The notes under the pieces were generated by a model that worked only from the letters and a program-made list of their open reading frames with translations, was not told the origin of the DNA and made no database searches. A stretch of DNA of 64,000 bases from Octopus vulgaris. Taxonomy: Eukaryota. Location of the stretch: NCBI GenBank assembly GCA_951406725.2, contig OX597814.1:14694001-14758000 (forward strand), given 5' to 3'. Below, piece by piece: positions 47,423 to 62,732 of this stretch (position 1 is the stretch's first letter; every line of letters starts with the position of its first letter). The translations under genes were made by a program, and so were the position numbers.

Positions 47423-49110
47423 ATCCAAACAAGAAAACACAAAAAACAAAAAAAAACACAACAACTCAAGGACGTGGAACAAATAAAGTATTATTGGACG
47501 CTCAGGAAAGAAGGAAAGTAGGAGGGTTTAACGTTTCGAGCGGAGCTCTTCGTCGGAAACATAGGAGAAGGAAAGATCCCGAGAGGGGAAGACAGAGGAA
47601 ATATATATATATATATATATATAAGCTTACCAAGAGCCATTATTTAGAACTGCTCAAAAGGGAGATACATAAGAATTACAGGACCACCAGTAGGAATACT
47701 CTCAGGCAGGCCAACTTAGAAACTAAGAAGACTATGGAGACTTACGGATTACAAATGAAGACGGAACCATTGAACCCCAGACAACCCAGATTTATCTTAA
47801 AGTACCACAAACAGAACTTTCATACTAACCCAGCATTGCGGCTCGTATGCCCTTCCAGTTCAGACATCGGTACCCTTAGTAAATACATATTAGATAAGTA
47901 TATCCCTATATTAATTAATAAATTAAAACTTAGCTTATGGTCCAACTCTGTTCAAGTCGTAGAGTGGTTTACTTCTATTACTGATAAGGCCAACGCTAAA
48001 TTAATCCAATTCGATATATCTAGTTTCTATCCTTCAATCAACCGTATTATACTTAATAAGGCCCAATGGCACGCACACAATAAGGCAGGCCTCTCCAGGG
48101 AGGAAATTAGTGTGATATTGACTGCTAGGAAATCTTTCATCCAGTTCGATAGCAAGTTGTGGGTCCGTAGAGATACCCCTAATGCGTTTGATATAATAAT
48201 GGGAAGTACAGACAGCGCCCAGATAGCCGATTTGGTCGGAATTTATATTCTTTATGAAATGGCCGACCAATTCCCGGACATCTGTGGGGGGTCTTTATCA
48301 CGACGATTGTCTGCTTTACCTCCAAAACGCTTCGAACCAAAAAATACAGAAGGTTAAGAACAGATTAGTTAGGTTTTTTAGTAGAATGGGCTTGCGCATA
48401 GTTATTGACGATGAATTAGCTAAAGCCAACTTCTTGGACATTACCCTCAATCTGCAGAATAACTCATACTTCCCTTATCATAAACCTTCCACTAATCTTA
48501 AGTATATCAGCATTTTCAGTAATCATGCCAAGCTAATTACCGATAATTTAGTTAAAAACATATCTCTGAGACAGTCCAAATTATCTGCTAATGTCGACAT
48601 CTTTAACCAAAAGGCAGACTTCTACAGCGCCGCCTTGTCAAGAGCCGGTTATAAGGAAAAAGTGTCATACATCGACCCAGCTCATTCTAAACCAGCATCT
48701 GCTTCTTCAGATAGTAAAGTTACTCGTAATAGGAATAATGATTTCAATTCTAATAGTGCCAGCACCCCTGTACATAAAATAAATTATTTACGGACTAAGG
48801 GAGGTAAACGCCATGCAACCCCAAATTTCCAACCCAGAAATTTTCCAATTACTATCACAAACAACACTAAGAACAATTCAAAGGCCACAAAAAAATTATC
48901 TGGTTTGTAATACCTTTCGGAAAACAAATTAAATCGAACTTTCTCTTACAGTTCCGTGAAGCCGTTGCTAGGAACTTTCCTAGAAATTCTAGATATTATT
49001 CTATTATCAATTCACACAAGGTCAGAATTGCTTTCTCTAACACTAGGAATCTTTCACAAATTATATCTTCCCATAATACCAAGCTGCTACACAAAGATTC
49101 TTCACCCGTT
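47418..49110 (+). mobile_element. Penelope-like element RT region (one frameshift near 48290), preceded by an inverted pLTR fragment carrying a mini-hammerhead (47526-47560, minus strand)
   Basis: FILKYHKQNFHTNPALRLVCP, IQFDISSFYPSI, FDIIMGSTDSAQIADLVGIYIL, GLYHDDCL, NFLDITLNL, PYHKP and SNHAK. Homologous to the PLE at 24400-26300. Confidence 0.9.
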
Positions 49111-49710
49111 CTTTTGATAAGGGCAGGAGATTTTGTAACATTTGTAACTCTGAACTCTTCCATATTCTTTTCGCTAAGGTTCCCCTAGTAAACACACTCA
49201 TAGAAAAATCGTACAAATGTAAACACTGGCAGAAACACACTTTCTACTCATATAAATGATAACGGTTGTCACTGTGGTTTGAACAATTAGCTTCACATCC
49301 ACCCCACTGCTATAGAGAAATTCTTTCCTAAGCCTTCGAACATTCTTTCAATCAACATACACTTCCCTCTCCACTTGTTCCCTACCTATTACTCCTTTAT
49401 ACCTTCCCTTACTACTATCTATCTTTGACGTCTGTCTCTCTCTCACACACACATACACAAATGCAGTTATACACACACACATACACACACACACAAACAC
49501 ACGCACTCATTAACACAAGCACACACCCACACATTTCCATACATACTGTCCCCTACCCATTATTACTTTATCCCTTTCCTCCCTCCTATCCATTTTTGAC
49601 GTCAATTCTCCTAACGGTTTTTAAAAAAAACACTCATTATCGCTCTGTTTACCATGTAGGCAATCATCGAAAATTTTTTGTTTGTCTTGTTGTCGAGAGA
49701 GAATTTCTTT

Positions 49711-49792
49711 CTTTCCTGATGAGAAGATTGCATAATGCACCCTTTATTCCTTCGGAATGAAAATATGGTGTCTTGGAAACACGTGTCGAGAG
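49711..49792 (+). ncRNA. Type I hammerhead motif (first stem II pair mutated)
   Basis: CUUUC-CUGAUGA-GAAGA...UCUUG-GAAAC-ACGU-GUC^GAGAG. Confidence 0.72.
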
Positions 49793-49996
49793 TAAAGGAA
49801 TTTTGTTAACATCTTAGTTCGACTCCATTCTTTCATTTATTCATATACAACACACAAATTTCTGCACATGAACACGGAGTTTCTACTCTTGACAGGTCGC
49901 TTCAACCGTGTTTTCTGACGTGAATTTGCTACCCAGGTTTCGGTTAAACGAATTTTCCATGCTGACGATAAACATAGGATAATTCATTCACCTACT

Positions 49997-50165
<169 letters not shown>

Positions 50166-50677
50166 TGTGTGTGTATGTGCGTGCAGAAGGTTGAAAAGGA
50201 ACACACGAGTTGATATGTATAAGCAAAATAAGACAAGGTAGAAAATGCTAAAATTATTTTATCATGATGAACATTTTAATACCGGTTTCAGTCTTTATGA
50301 CTTTTTCAACTTAGAGTAAAGTATGAAAAACAAATAAATTGTGGAAAAATGAAATGAAATGTGTTGTTTATAATATTTCTATAGTTTTCACATACAAGGG
50401 ACATTTTCCATTTTTCGGTCTCTCTCTGTCTCTCTTCTTTACTCACGAGTAAACTTATATTCGCATTTTCTACTTTCTTCTATGTTGCTTATATATATAT
50501 ATATATATAAATTAATGGTAAAATATTTCTTTACCTTCACCCATTTAATACAATAAGTAAGTTAATTGCATTGCAATTAAAAACGCTTGAGTATTAATAA
50601 TTTGGGTATTATACCAACAGTATATTGGATAAGTATTATCCCTTAGTGGGTTGAATTCACAACCCCTGACTTACTTG

Positions 50678-50723
<46 letters not shown>

Positions 50724-50735
50724 TAAATATATATG

Positions 50736-50804
<69 letters not shown>

Positions 50805-50881
50805 CAACATATATGTATACAAAAATGCATACGGACATATATATATATACACACATGCATATATACATATATACGTGTGTG

Positions 50882-50959
<78 letters not shown>

Positions 50960-50998
50960 CATAGATAGATAGATAGATAGACAGATAGATAGGTAGAC

Positions 50999-51077
<79 letters not shown>

Positions 51078-51894
51078 CAGATAGCTATCTGTAGTAGACA
51101 ATATAAACTAGATAATGCATTAAAAATAGAACGAGAAAATATATGAAGCAACGTATTTTACATTTAACTTCCTACATACTATGACTACTACGTTCGCAAC
51201 GTAATCCTTCCCACACCCACCCTTTCTTATAAACGGGTAAGTAAACAAACAATAAAAGGAAATATAAGTCATGTTGTTGTTACTATAACTTCTCTTTATA
51301 AATAATAATTTAGCATTCGTAGGATAAATGATAAATTCCCAACGAATTCAATATTTTTTCCTGAATTTAAAAAATTTTATCAGGTAAGTTTTATGTTACA
51401 AAGTGATTTCGCTATGTCAAAGTTTCCTTGGTTGACTCATTAGTATCGAAAAGGAGAACCTATTCACAGACGAAGACAGCACCCTAAGGATATTGTATAT
51501 TTGTTGTGATATGAAGGGTGTCGTCTATCATGAAGTGCTTAAAACACACACACACACAAAAAGGGGAGACGTATAGATTGTGATTCTGCAATCAATAATG
51601 AGGGGAAAGAATTTATTGATTAATTAAATCCAATCAGAGGGAAGAATGATCTTCTACATTCCTCTCTTGACATGCGATAAGAAATTCTTTCCACCCAAAT
51701 ATACAAAAAATACTTCAAAGCGCAATCATTATAATGAGATATCGATATGGATAATTATTTAATTTTCGCTTATTCTTTAAATTATATTATTTACTATATA
51801 TATGTGTATATATATATATATATATATGTATATTACCATGTAGGCAATCATCGAAAATTTTTTGTTTGTCTTGTTGTCGAGAGAGGCTTCCTTT

Positions 51895-51976
51895 CTTTCC
51901 TGATGAGAAGATTGCATAATGCAGCCTTTATTCTTTCGGAATGAAAATATGCTGTCTTCGAAACATGTGTCGAGAG
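51895..51976 (+). ncRNA. Type I hammerhead motif
   Basis: CUUUC-CUGAUGA-GAAGA...UCUUC-GAAAC-AUGU-GUC^GAGAG. Confidence 0.8.
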
Positions 51977-52048
51977 TAAAGGAATTTTGTTAACATCTTC
52001 GTTCGACTCCATTCTTTCATTTAATATATATATGATAATATGTATGTA

Positions 52049-52179
<131 letters not shown>

Positions 52180-52227
52180 AGACAGACAGACAGATAGACA
52201 GACAGACAGACAGACAGACTGACAGAC

Positions 52228-52266
<39 letters not shown>

Positions 52267-52314
52267 CAAACAGACAGACAGACAAATAGATAGATAGATA
52301 GATAGATAGATAGC

Positions 52315-52369
<55 letters not shown>

Positions 52370-52832
52370 ATAGATATCTGTAGCAGACAATATAAACTAG
52401 ATAATGCATTAAAAATAGAACGAGAAAGTACATAAGGCAACGTATTTTACATTCAACTTCCTACTTACTATGACTACTACGTTCGGAACGTAATAATTCT
52501 CATACTTATTATATTATATTTAACTTTTTATACCTTTTTGTTTAGTTAAAAAAAAAATTAAAAATTAAAAAATTTTAAAATATAAAAATTTACAAATATA
52601 TAAATTTTAAAATTTAAAATTTTAATAATTTAAATTTTAAGTTTTATATTTTATATATATACTATATATTATATTAATTATATTTATTTTTTTATGTTTT
52701 GGGTTATGTCTATCACTGTTTGAGTTGCCTAATAGTGGTTTTATCTCTAATTTAATTTATATTTATACTGTGAAATTTGATTTAATCCTAAATTTAATTT
52801 TTCCCTGTAAGTTTGGATATACTCCCTAATAT

Positions 52833-52901
<69 letters not shown>

Positions 52902-53158
52902 CATTTTGCACATTACTTAATCATCGGTATATTATTGTTATTTTATATTATATATCATTTTCTAGATGGTATAATTTAGTTGTTCATTTTGAATTGATAA
53001 AAGGTGTTCTTTTCAAATTTTTATATATATATTATATATTTTGTGAAATTTGATTCAGTATTTCTAAATTGAATTTTCCCTGTAAGTCAGGAATATTATT
53101 CCCTGAAATTATTATTATAGTATATATGTTTAAACCTCGCCAAGATAAATATTTAAAC

Positions 53159-53222
53159 CACCTGATGAATGACTGTAACTCGAAATTTTAAAGAAATTAA
53201 CAGCCATGAAACGATCGTAGTG
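53159..53222 (+). ncRNA. Type I hammerhead motif
   Basis: CAC-CUGAUGA-AUGACUGU...ACAGCCAU-GAAAC-GAUC-GUA^GUG with palindromic stem III ACGAUCGU. Confidence 0.75.
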
Positions 53223-53348
53223 TTATATTAATTATATCTTTTTAATAATTTTGTTATATATTTAAATAATATAAATTAAATAATCTTATGTATTGGCTTA
53301 AGTTTTTCATTGTATGATTTGCCTAATAGTGGTTTTGTCTCTAATTTA

Positions 53349-53434
<86 letters not shown>

Positions 53435-53526
53435 GGAGGAGAAAAATTCACAAAAACACAAAAGATGAAGACAGGTGGTGTAGACAACAAATAGATATAT
53501 TAGTATAACGCTCGGGAAGTGAAAGT

Positions 53527-53562
53527 CTTTAACGTTTCGAGCCTACGCTCTTCCACAGAAAG
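53527..53562 (-). ncRNA. Mini-hammerhead variant
   Basis: CUUU-CUGUGGA-A-GAGC-GUAG-GCUC-GAAAC-GUU-AAAG. Confidence 0.55.
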
Positions 53563-54276
53563 GAACGCAGAAAGAAACAAGGAGAGAAATTAAATGTGCG
53601 ATCTATCATATATATATAAACATATATATATAAATAAATACATACATGTATAGACAGCTGTGGTGTCCTGTACCCATATATACATGTATATATACATATA
53701 GATGTAGGTATGTACATATATGTATGTATGGATATGTTTTATTTATTAAATTTTTAGTATATATATATATACTACATGTTTTCGTTCAAATCATTGCTCA
53801 TCCTTTTACAAAACAATTTTATATTCACAAATTGATTCGAATAGAGAAGCTAGCGTCCACGAAAATTTGACATGACACTCCCTTGTAATTGATGATCACG
53901 TGAATGATAGATGAGTCGGTAAGGGAAGATTACTGTGACAGATACAAGATTCTTTGAATCCATATCCATATCATATAGTTACTTAAAAACTAGTACTGAG
54001 TCCACCAGTAAATTCTCACTAATAATAACTTTTATGTAATATGCATTTATATATATATGCATATATATATGCATATAAATAAATAAGTATTTATATATAT
54101 ATGTGCGCGTGTGTGTGTGTTTGTATGCGTATGTGAGTATGTGTTGTGTATGTGTGAGTATATGTTGTGTGTGTGTGTGTTCCTGTGTATATATTTATGG
54201 AGGTAGATTTATAGATATATGTACGTATATAAAGTATAGAATAATATTATAACCAACGAAATGGTCTATATTTATA

Positions 54277-54670
54277 TCTTTATATATAAAAGTCAAGTTG
54301 TGTGTCTGTCTCCTACGATTTAGATTCCTAACTACTCCCACATTTTGCGGTGCATTTTAACCAAAACCGGGTATCTTATAGTCGTGATTCATATCGAGCC
54401 CGCTGGGTATTAGCGCGCGTCTACGATGAGTCTACGGTTTAAAAAAAAAATTACCATCATTTTTTTCCATTTTAATGCATTTTTTCGCTATTACATAAGG
54501 GAAGTAAATCTCTAAAAATGTCTACGATGAGTCAAAGATTAAAAAAAAAATTACCATCATTTTTTCCCCATTTTAATGCATTGTTTGCTATTTTTTGGCT
54601 ATAACTCTCTAAAAATGCTTATATAGTTATTTCCCTTACAAAACCGAGCAACGCCGGGCGATACTGCTTG
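54277..54670 (+). mobile_element. Non-autonomous Helitron-like element
   Basis: 5' TC, 3' hairpin CCGAGCAACGCCGGG plus CTTG end, inserted between A and T. A second copy lies at 7926-8264. Confidence 0.8.
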
Positions 54671-56155
54671 TTATGAATAAAACGTTTTCCAGTTTTTCAA
54701 TTTCGTCGTGTTTACGTTTCATATTGACTCCCGTTTCCTCCACTAATAATTTAGACCCTCTGTTCACACACACACACAGTTTGTAGCTACTTCAGTCACA
54801 CTTAGTTTATACTTATACAATCCATCTGCACAATCATTTGAACGTTTGAGGACAATCATCGTATTATACAGAATACCACATTCGTGGTTGCAGCCTCTCG
54901 CTGCCTAACAACTTTCTACAGTAACAAACTTTTTCAGTACATAATGACGGAAAAACTGTTGAATCATGAATAATTTTCAGCAACCAGGGAGAGGTTGAGC
55001 GTTCAAGGATGATATCAGTAGAAAGAGAAGATTCTAATGCGCAACTGGTATCGATCATGAAAGGATGAAAGAACATTGCCGGAATCTTTTACATGGCGTG
55101 TAGAGGGTACCGCCACCCTATCGCCTGTTAATATTGATAAAGAAATTTCAGAAAAAGAACTAACTTCATATTTGTATATCAATTTGCGACCAATGATGAT
55201 TCCTTATTTTCAAATTAAACTGTGAGAGAAATTTAAAAGTAAAATCTAATGTAGGTCACACTTATTGAGAAGACTTACATTAGCAGTTGATTTCCATGCA
55301 GGAGTACAACAATGTGTGGAAAATGAAAGCGGTGCATAATATAGAAAGTAGGAGTGGCAGTAGACACATATTTGAATTCCGAAGTTAACAAGGTCAGCTG
55401 TTTATTTGCTTTTATTACTACATTATTAGTCAGAGAATGTAGGGTGAAAGCTAATACTTTTTGGTGTTTAATAACTATTTTGTTTATAGATAAAGCATGC
55501 ATTTTCCAATTGTTCTAAGACTTAAATACGGAACAATTGTGCTGTCACCACGTTGTTCTTTACAATTTTCCTGCAAGCAAAATCGTAAATTAGGGATCAA
55601 TGGTAGTATATATAAAAGACCATGAAAACCTTTTGCTTTAAATGCATTTATTACAAGAAAGAGCTACGTTACTTTGTTTAATGTTTTGCATAGTTAAATA
55701 TGTTTCCGGCTACTGAAACATGGCCTCTTAAAGTGTACTACTGTAAACCGGCACAAGTAAATATCCAAAGAAGAAAATAGGAATTTTAAAAGACCTACGA
55801 GAGTCTTAAAACAATGAAAGGCTGAAGTGTCAGGATATAAAAGATACTAATAACATAGATGTCGACTTTGCTAAACAACCGCTTGTACTTGATTAGATCT
55901 TTACGAGGGACAATAAAATAGCTATAATATTCTCAAAGATGTGTGACATTGTAAAACATCTTACAGACATGTAGTTTGAAATCGTAATATAAATCTAAAT
56001 TTGATTGATAGGTGCGATCTCATACGTATAATATACATGAATAACGTCATATATCTCCATACAATTTTATATATGTATGTATATATGCATGTACACATGT
56101 ATGTATGTATGTATGTATATATCTATATCTATCTATCTGGTTATCTATCTATTTA

Positions 56156-56232
<77 letters not shown>

Positions 56233-56258
56233 ACATACATATACATACATATACATAC

Positions 56259-56328
<70 letters not shown>

Positions 56329-56712
56329 ATAATATTAGGGAATGAATCCAAACTTACACGGAAAAATGAGATTTAGGATTAAATCCACATTTATAGTATA
56401 AATATATTATATTATATTATATTATATTAAATTAGAGATAAAACCACCATTAGGCAAATCAAACAGTGAAAAACATAAGCCAATACATAAAATTAATTTA
56501 AAATATAAAAGTTAAAAATAAAAAATTATTTAAGTAATTTAAACTTATAAATTTTATATATATATACAAATATATATATATATGTATGTAAGAATATTTG
56601 TATATTTATATATTATTTTAATTATTAATTAATTAATTAAGTAATTAATTTTTTAATTTTTTATATATATATATCAAAAGTATTAAAAGTTTAATAAAAG
56701 ATAAAGAGTAAA

Positions 56713-56805
56713 ACACTACGATTGTTTCATGGCTGTACCAATTCGAATAACAATAATTTAAATTCAATTAATAATTCGAGTTATGGTTACAGTCAATCTT
56801 CAGGT
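56713..56805 (-). ncRNA. Type I hammerhead motif, related to 53159-53222
   Basis: AC-CUGAAGA-UUGACUGUA...UACAGCCAU-GAAAC-AAUC-GUA^GUG with a weak stem I. Confidence 0.55.
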
Positions 56806-58246
56806 TAATTGAAATATTTAAAAAATAATCAGAAATATTTAAACAATATTTTTAAGATGTAAATAATATAATAATTTTACTTATAATAAACTCTATTATC
56901 AAACTAGAAACTTAAAACTTAACAATTATGATTATATCCAAATCGATTATATTAATTATTAATTTTAATTTATAAGGTAGGAAACCCACCATTAATTTAA
57001 TATCGGTAATAGTCTATATCTAATTACATAAATATTTTTAAAAAATAACTTTTATATATAAATTATCAATGAAAATATATAAATGTATATAAATATTATA
57101 ATTAAGATCTAAAATAATCTCTATAAATAAATATATATGCACATATAATAAAAACCTAATAAATTAATTTTTCATATTTAAAGATGAAATAGCTAATTTC
57201 AAAAATACAAACAAATAAACTTAAACGAACTTTCGGAAATCTTATGTAAAATACTTATAGAAATAATCATTCGTAGTTATATAGTATCGAATAAATACTA
57301 TAAATACCATAAATATAATTATCAATGGGAATAACTAGCGAATATCAATTTTAAAAGACAATAACTAAGTTATGCTATTAAGTTAGACATGGCCTGGACC
57401 AATCTTTAGTCAAACATATCTAAGTTTATCAAAGTTTATCTAATTTTAATTATAAGAAATTTAAAACTACAATTAATACTATTAATACATGTATATACAA
57501 AAGCCTAACTTTAGACACCTCGTATATTTGCTATCAAACATAAATCTATCGCTAAGTAGTATCTTACGAATAAACTTAAATTTAATATCTAATAATATAG
57601 AAAATTACGATAATTAGATCATTACATAAACAACAATATTTTCAGAAGTAATATTTTATTACACCAAAGACTTATAAAATATTAAAATTTACTATTTAAA
57701 GATCTTAAATTTAAATAAATACCTATCTTAGCGAGGTTTTGTAATGAACAAAAATTTTGAATCGGAAAACTTCTTTACAGCGTTTATAAGAATACTCGTG
57801 GAACTACGTTATTAGCAAAAAAAGAATAAATTGTTGAAGAATTCATTAAGCGTGAGGAACAAATACTCTTTATCAATGAAGATGAATGGTTTATCAGTGT
57901 AAATAGAATGAAGTCACAAATAAAGAATAAAATCACTCTATACTATAAGATTTATTAATAAAATAACTATGATAAATAATACTTAATACAAAATAAATTA
58001 AATAATTTAAATGATTAAAAACCACTAATTATTAAATATATTCTTAAAATCTTATATGATTAATAAATATATAAAAAATTTTTTTTATAGTAACCCCTCA
58101 TCGTACTATAAAGTCTTTCCGCATGCTCTTATAATTATAAGCTAAAATTAGTGATCATAACCAAAATCTCTAAAATACTTATCAAAATTTGCAGTATAAC
58201 TATACATATGTATACATATATACATATATATACATACATATACATA

Positions 58247-58288
<42 letters not shown>

Positions 58289-59153
58289 CACATACATGCA
58301 CACATACATACATATACATATATACACACATATATACACACACATACTGACATACACATATGCACACACATATATACATGTACATACATACAATACTCAA
58401 TATATACACATACACCTATATACACCCACCCACACACACACATAAATATACATATACATATATATACACGCACATCAACATATACACATATATACATACA
58501 CACCTAAACACATAATAATATATCATATAATAAATACGTATATAAATGTCTATATTCATACTACAATACATAAATAGAGGTAAACGTTAAGTTTAATCTA
58601 AATATTTAATATTACTAATCTATACTTCTATATTAAATAAAATAGATTAAATAAACAACTAAATAAATCTATTTCAGATATAAAGAGATTACATACAAAT
58701 AGATTAATTTAACAAAATTATAATTTAACAAAATTATAACAGAAATATAACAAAATATATAAACTTAACTTTATTAAAAGATAAATAAAATTGTAACTTA
58801 CCAAACTCTATATTCAATAAACCTTTAAATATTTATTAAAAAATATATTTAGTAATAAATTTAGTAATAAAATAAACAACTATATATAATCTAACTATAA
58901 TTAAAAACAGAACCTAAATAACTAAAATAAACTAATATAATAAGTACTACATATTACCTGTTATATTTAGAATACTATTACATAAATCAACAAATAAGGA
59001 GCTAATTAAGGCTAATAAATATTCATTATTTATCAAGAAATTTATTATATAAGTAAAGTAACTTGTGTCTGCATTTTATTTTGCGCTCATCCCAAGTATT
59101 CACTAAATTATCATGCTTATAAAATAAAATTTCCTTAAACTCATAAATAACAA

Positions 59154-59213
59154 AAGCCGCGGGCGCGAGCCCGGGTGAAGCCGACCGCGGATGCAGATCT
59201 CGGTGGTAGTAGC
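59154..59213 (+). pseudogene. ~60-bp 28S rRNA-derived fragment
   Basis: AAGCCGCGGGCGCGAGCCCGGGTGAAGCCGACCGCGGATGCAGATCTCGGTGGTAGTAGC closely resembles the conserved eukaryotic LSU segment ending GCAGATCTTGGTGGTAGTAGC (from recall). Confidence 0.8.
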
Positions 59214-59247
59214 TCCTAAGAGCCCATGGCCATGGGCTCTTAGGAGC
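59212..59247. repeat. Perfect 36-bp palindrome
   Basis: GCTCCTAAGAGCCCATGG|CCATGGGCTCTTAGGAGC. Confidence 0.97.
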
Positions 59248-59312
59248 CTCGTCCGATTTGTTTTGCTGCGCCTCTGTTCTGTTTTTGTTTTTGCCAACGG
59301 ATTTCCTATTTC

Positions 59313-59392
59313 TTCCTGAAGAGAAAGACACAATATGGTCTCCTTGTTCAATCGGAATTTGGTAAATTGTGGCTTTTGAAACACGTGTAGAA
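59313..59392 (+). ncRNA. Type I hammerhead motif
   Basis: UUC-CUGAAGA-GAAAG.CACAAU...AUUGUG.CUUUU-GAAAC-ACGU-GUA^GAA. Confidence 0.78.
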
Positions 59393-59447
59393 TGCAATAA
59401 AACGATTTCTGTTCAATCTTCGTTCAACTCCATTTCTTCAATTCACT

Positions 59448-59493
<46 letters not shown>

Positions 59494-59513
59494 GTATTTA
59501 TATATATATATAA

Positions 59514-59562
<49 letters not shown>

Positions 59563-60154
59563 TATATATATAATTGCATGCATAAGAATTATGCAAACTA
59601 CAAGAACTATAGACCTACCCGGCAACCAGATTGATGACACCCCACCCACAAACCCCCCCAATCCCACCGTTCCCCTAGCACCCCCGACTACCTTTTCTCC
59701 TAAGACCTTTCACATATTGTATGTGCACGCTTGTATATGTATATCGTATATATGTATAGAAATGTATGGGTATAGTAGGAATATACGCATGTATTATATG
59801 TGTGTGAGTGTGTGTATGTATGTAAAAATATATATATATATGTATGTGTGTGTGTGTGTGTGTATATATATGTATATATGTATATATGTGTGTATGCATA
59901 TGTATGTGTATATGTATGTGTGTATGTATGTGTATGTATATATAAAATATTATATAATTAGGGCTTAGTAAAATAAATTACTTTGCCACATACTGAACTT
60001 TCTAGAAATAGCAGCCAAATAAGTTTTTTAGCCTTTTCCACTACTTAAAGAAAATTTTCTCTCAGACAATGTTTACTCAAAAAAATAATGGTCCTTTTAC
60101 ATACTGAATACTTGGTGAAATTGATTAATAACTAATTAACTTTACCCTCAATTG

Positions 60155-60236
60155 TTGATATATATACATATATATATATATATACATATGTGTATGTATA
60201 TATGTATATATATATGTATATGTATGTGTATGTATA

Positions 60237-60309
<73 letters not shown>

Positions 60310-60529
60310 TTATTTATATATATATATATATGTGTATATATATATATATATGGATATGTATGTGTATGTATATATATATATATATATGAGTGTACGCGAG
60401 TATGTCGATGTATATGTAGGTATGTAGAGTTATGTGTATGTGCATGTATGTGTGTGTATATACAGATTGTAGATGGGTATATATATGTGTGTGTATGTAT
60501 GCATATGTATATGTATATATATGTGTGTG

Positions 60530-60568
<39 letters not shown>

Positions 60569-60911
60569 GTATATGTGGGTATGTAGAGTTATACGTATGT
60601 GCATGTGTATATGTATATGTATATGTATATGTATGTGTATGTGTATGTATGTACATATATGTGTGTGTGTGTGTATATGTATGTATATGTGTATATATGT
60701 GTGTGTGTGTAGGTGTGGGTATATATATATGTGTGTGTGTGTATGTATATATATATATGTATGTGTGTGTGTATGTATATGTATATATATGTGTGTGTAT
60801 ATATATGTGTATGTATATATATACATATATGTGAATGTGTGTGTATGTGTACATATGTGTATGTGTGTATGTGTGTGTGTATATATATGTATATATATAT
60901 ATATGTGTATG

Positions 60912-60942
<31 letters not shown>

Positions 60943-61021
60943 GTATGTGTGTAAGTGTGTGTATATATGTATATGTAAGTGTGTGAGTGTGTATGAGTAT
61001 GTATGTATGTTTGCACACATG

Positions 61022-61062
<41 letters not shown>

Positions 61063-61185
61063 ATATATATATGTATGTATGTGTGTATGTATATGTATGT
61101 GTGTGTGTGTATATATGTATGTGTGTATGTGTATGTGTGTATATGTATATGTATGTGTATGTATGTATGTGTATATGTATATATA

Positions 61186-61228
<43 letters not shown>

Positions 61229-61283
61229 GTGTGTATGTGTATGTGTGTGTAAGTATATGTATGTATATATGCGTGTATGTGAG

Positions 61284-61360
<77 letters not shown>

Positions 61361-61582
61361 ATATATGCGTGTATGTATATGTATGTATGTATATATGTGT
61401 GTGTATGTGTATGTGTATATGGACATATGTGTAAGTATGTGTATATATAATGAAGGGTGAAATTAATTAATTTGGAATAATTATCAATTACACCAAGTAG
61501 TCTTCGGCATGTAAAAGTCATTCGAGGAGAATAATTATCAATTACACCAAGTAGTCTTCGAAGGCTATTACTTACTATTACT

Positions 61583-61671
<89 letters not shown>

Positions 61672-62037
61672 AAGTTTATATGTATGTATCCGTCTGTATA
61701 ATAGGTAACTGCACGTATATATACTTAATATTTATTATTTATTATTTATTATTTATTTTTTGAGTATGCATGTATGAATAACTGCACGTATATATATTTT
61801 ATTACTTATTTTTTGAGTATGCATGTAAGTATGAACATAAGGAGTGGCGTGTGTGTGTGTGTATGTGTAAGCATAGATATATGTATACTTTTACGCATGT
61901 GTGTACTTATGTGTATATATGGATGCGCGTGTGTGTGTGTGTGTATGGGTACGCATGTATATGTGTATGTGCGTGTATGTGTATATGTGTATGTATGTGT
62001 GTGTGTATATATGTATATGTATGTATGTATATGTATG

Positions 62038-62080
<43 letters not shown>

Positions 62081-62697
62081 GTATATGTATATGTGTATGT
62101 GTATGTATTTGTATGTGTATGCATGCGCGTATATGTATGTATATGTATACGTGTGGGTGTGTGTATGTGTGTATATATGTATGTATGTATGGGTGTATGT
62201 ATGTATGTATGTATGCGGATATGTATATATATATATATGTGTGTGTGTATGTGTATATATATATGCGTATATATATGTATGTATTTGTATGTAGGTGTAT
62301 ATGTATGTGTGTATATATATTTATTGGTGTATATGTATAGACTAGTCTTCTAAGATTGTAGACATGAATCTGTAGGTACGCGTACGTATGTGTATATACG
62401 TGTATGTATGTAGATGTATGTATGTATGAATATAACGCGTGCGTGCGTGTATGTGTATGAGTGTACGAATGAGTGAGTGTGCGTGCTAATGAGTGTGCGT
62501 GCGTGAGTGAGTGCTTGTGCTCAAGTAGAAAGATAAAAGGGACTAGCTGTCGTAGCCAAGATGCTTGTGACCAGCGGTCAAAGATAACAAAAGTAATAAA
62601 TGAAGATAATAAAATTAAAATTAGGGAATGGGTTTGTATTTGTATGTATATGTGTGTATGTGTAGGTATGAATAGGTACACATATGTATGTATATGT

Positions 62698-62732
<35 letters not shown>

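Noticed and set aside
54864-55502. Possible minus-strand gene (donor-like GTAAGT at ~55278, acceptor-like site at ~55125, signal-peptide-like MCLLPLLLSILC...)
   Set aside because: The hydrophobic frame stops just before the donor, and all frames after the acceptor close quickly. No coherent CDS can be built, though a non-coding transcript cannot be excluded.
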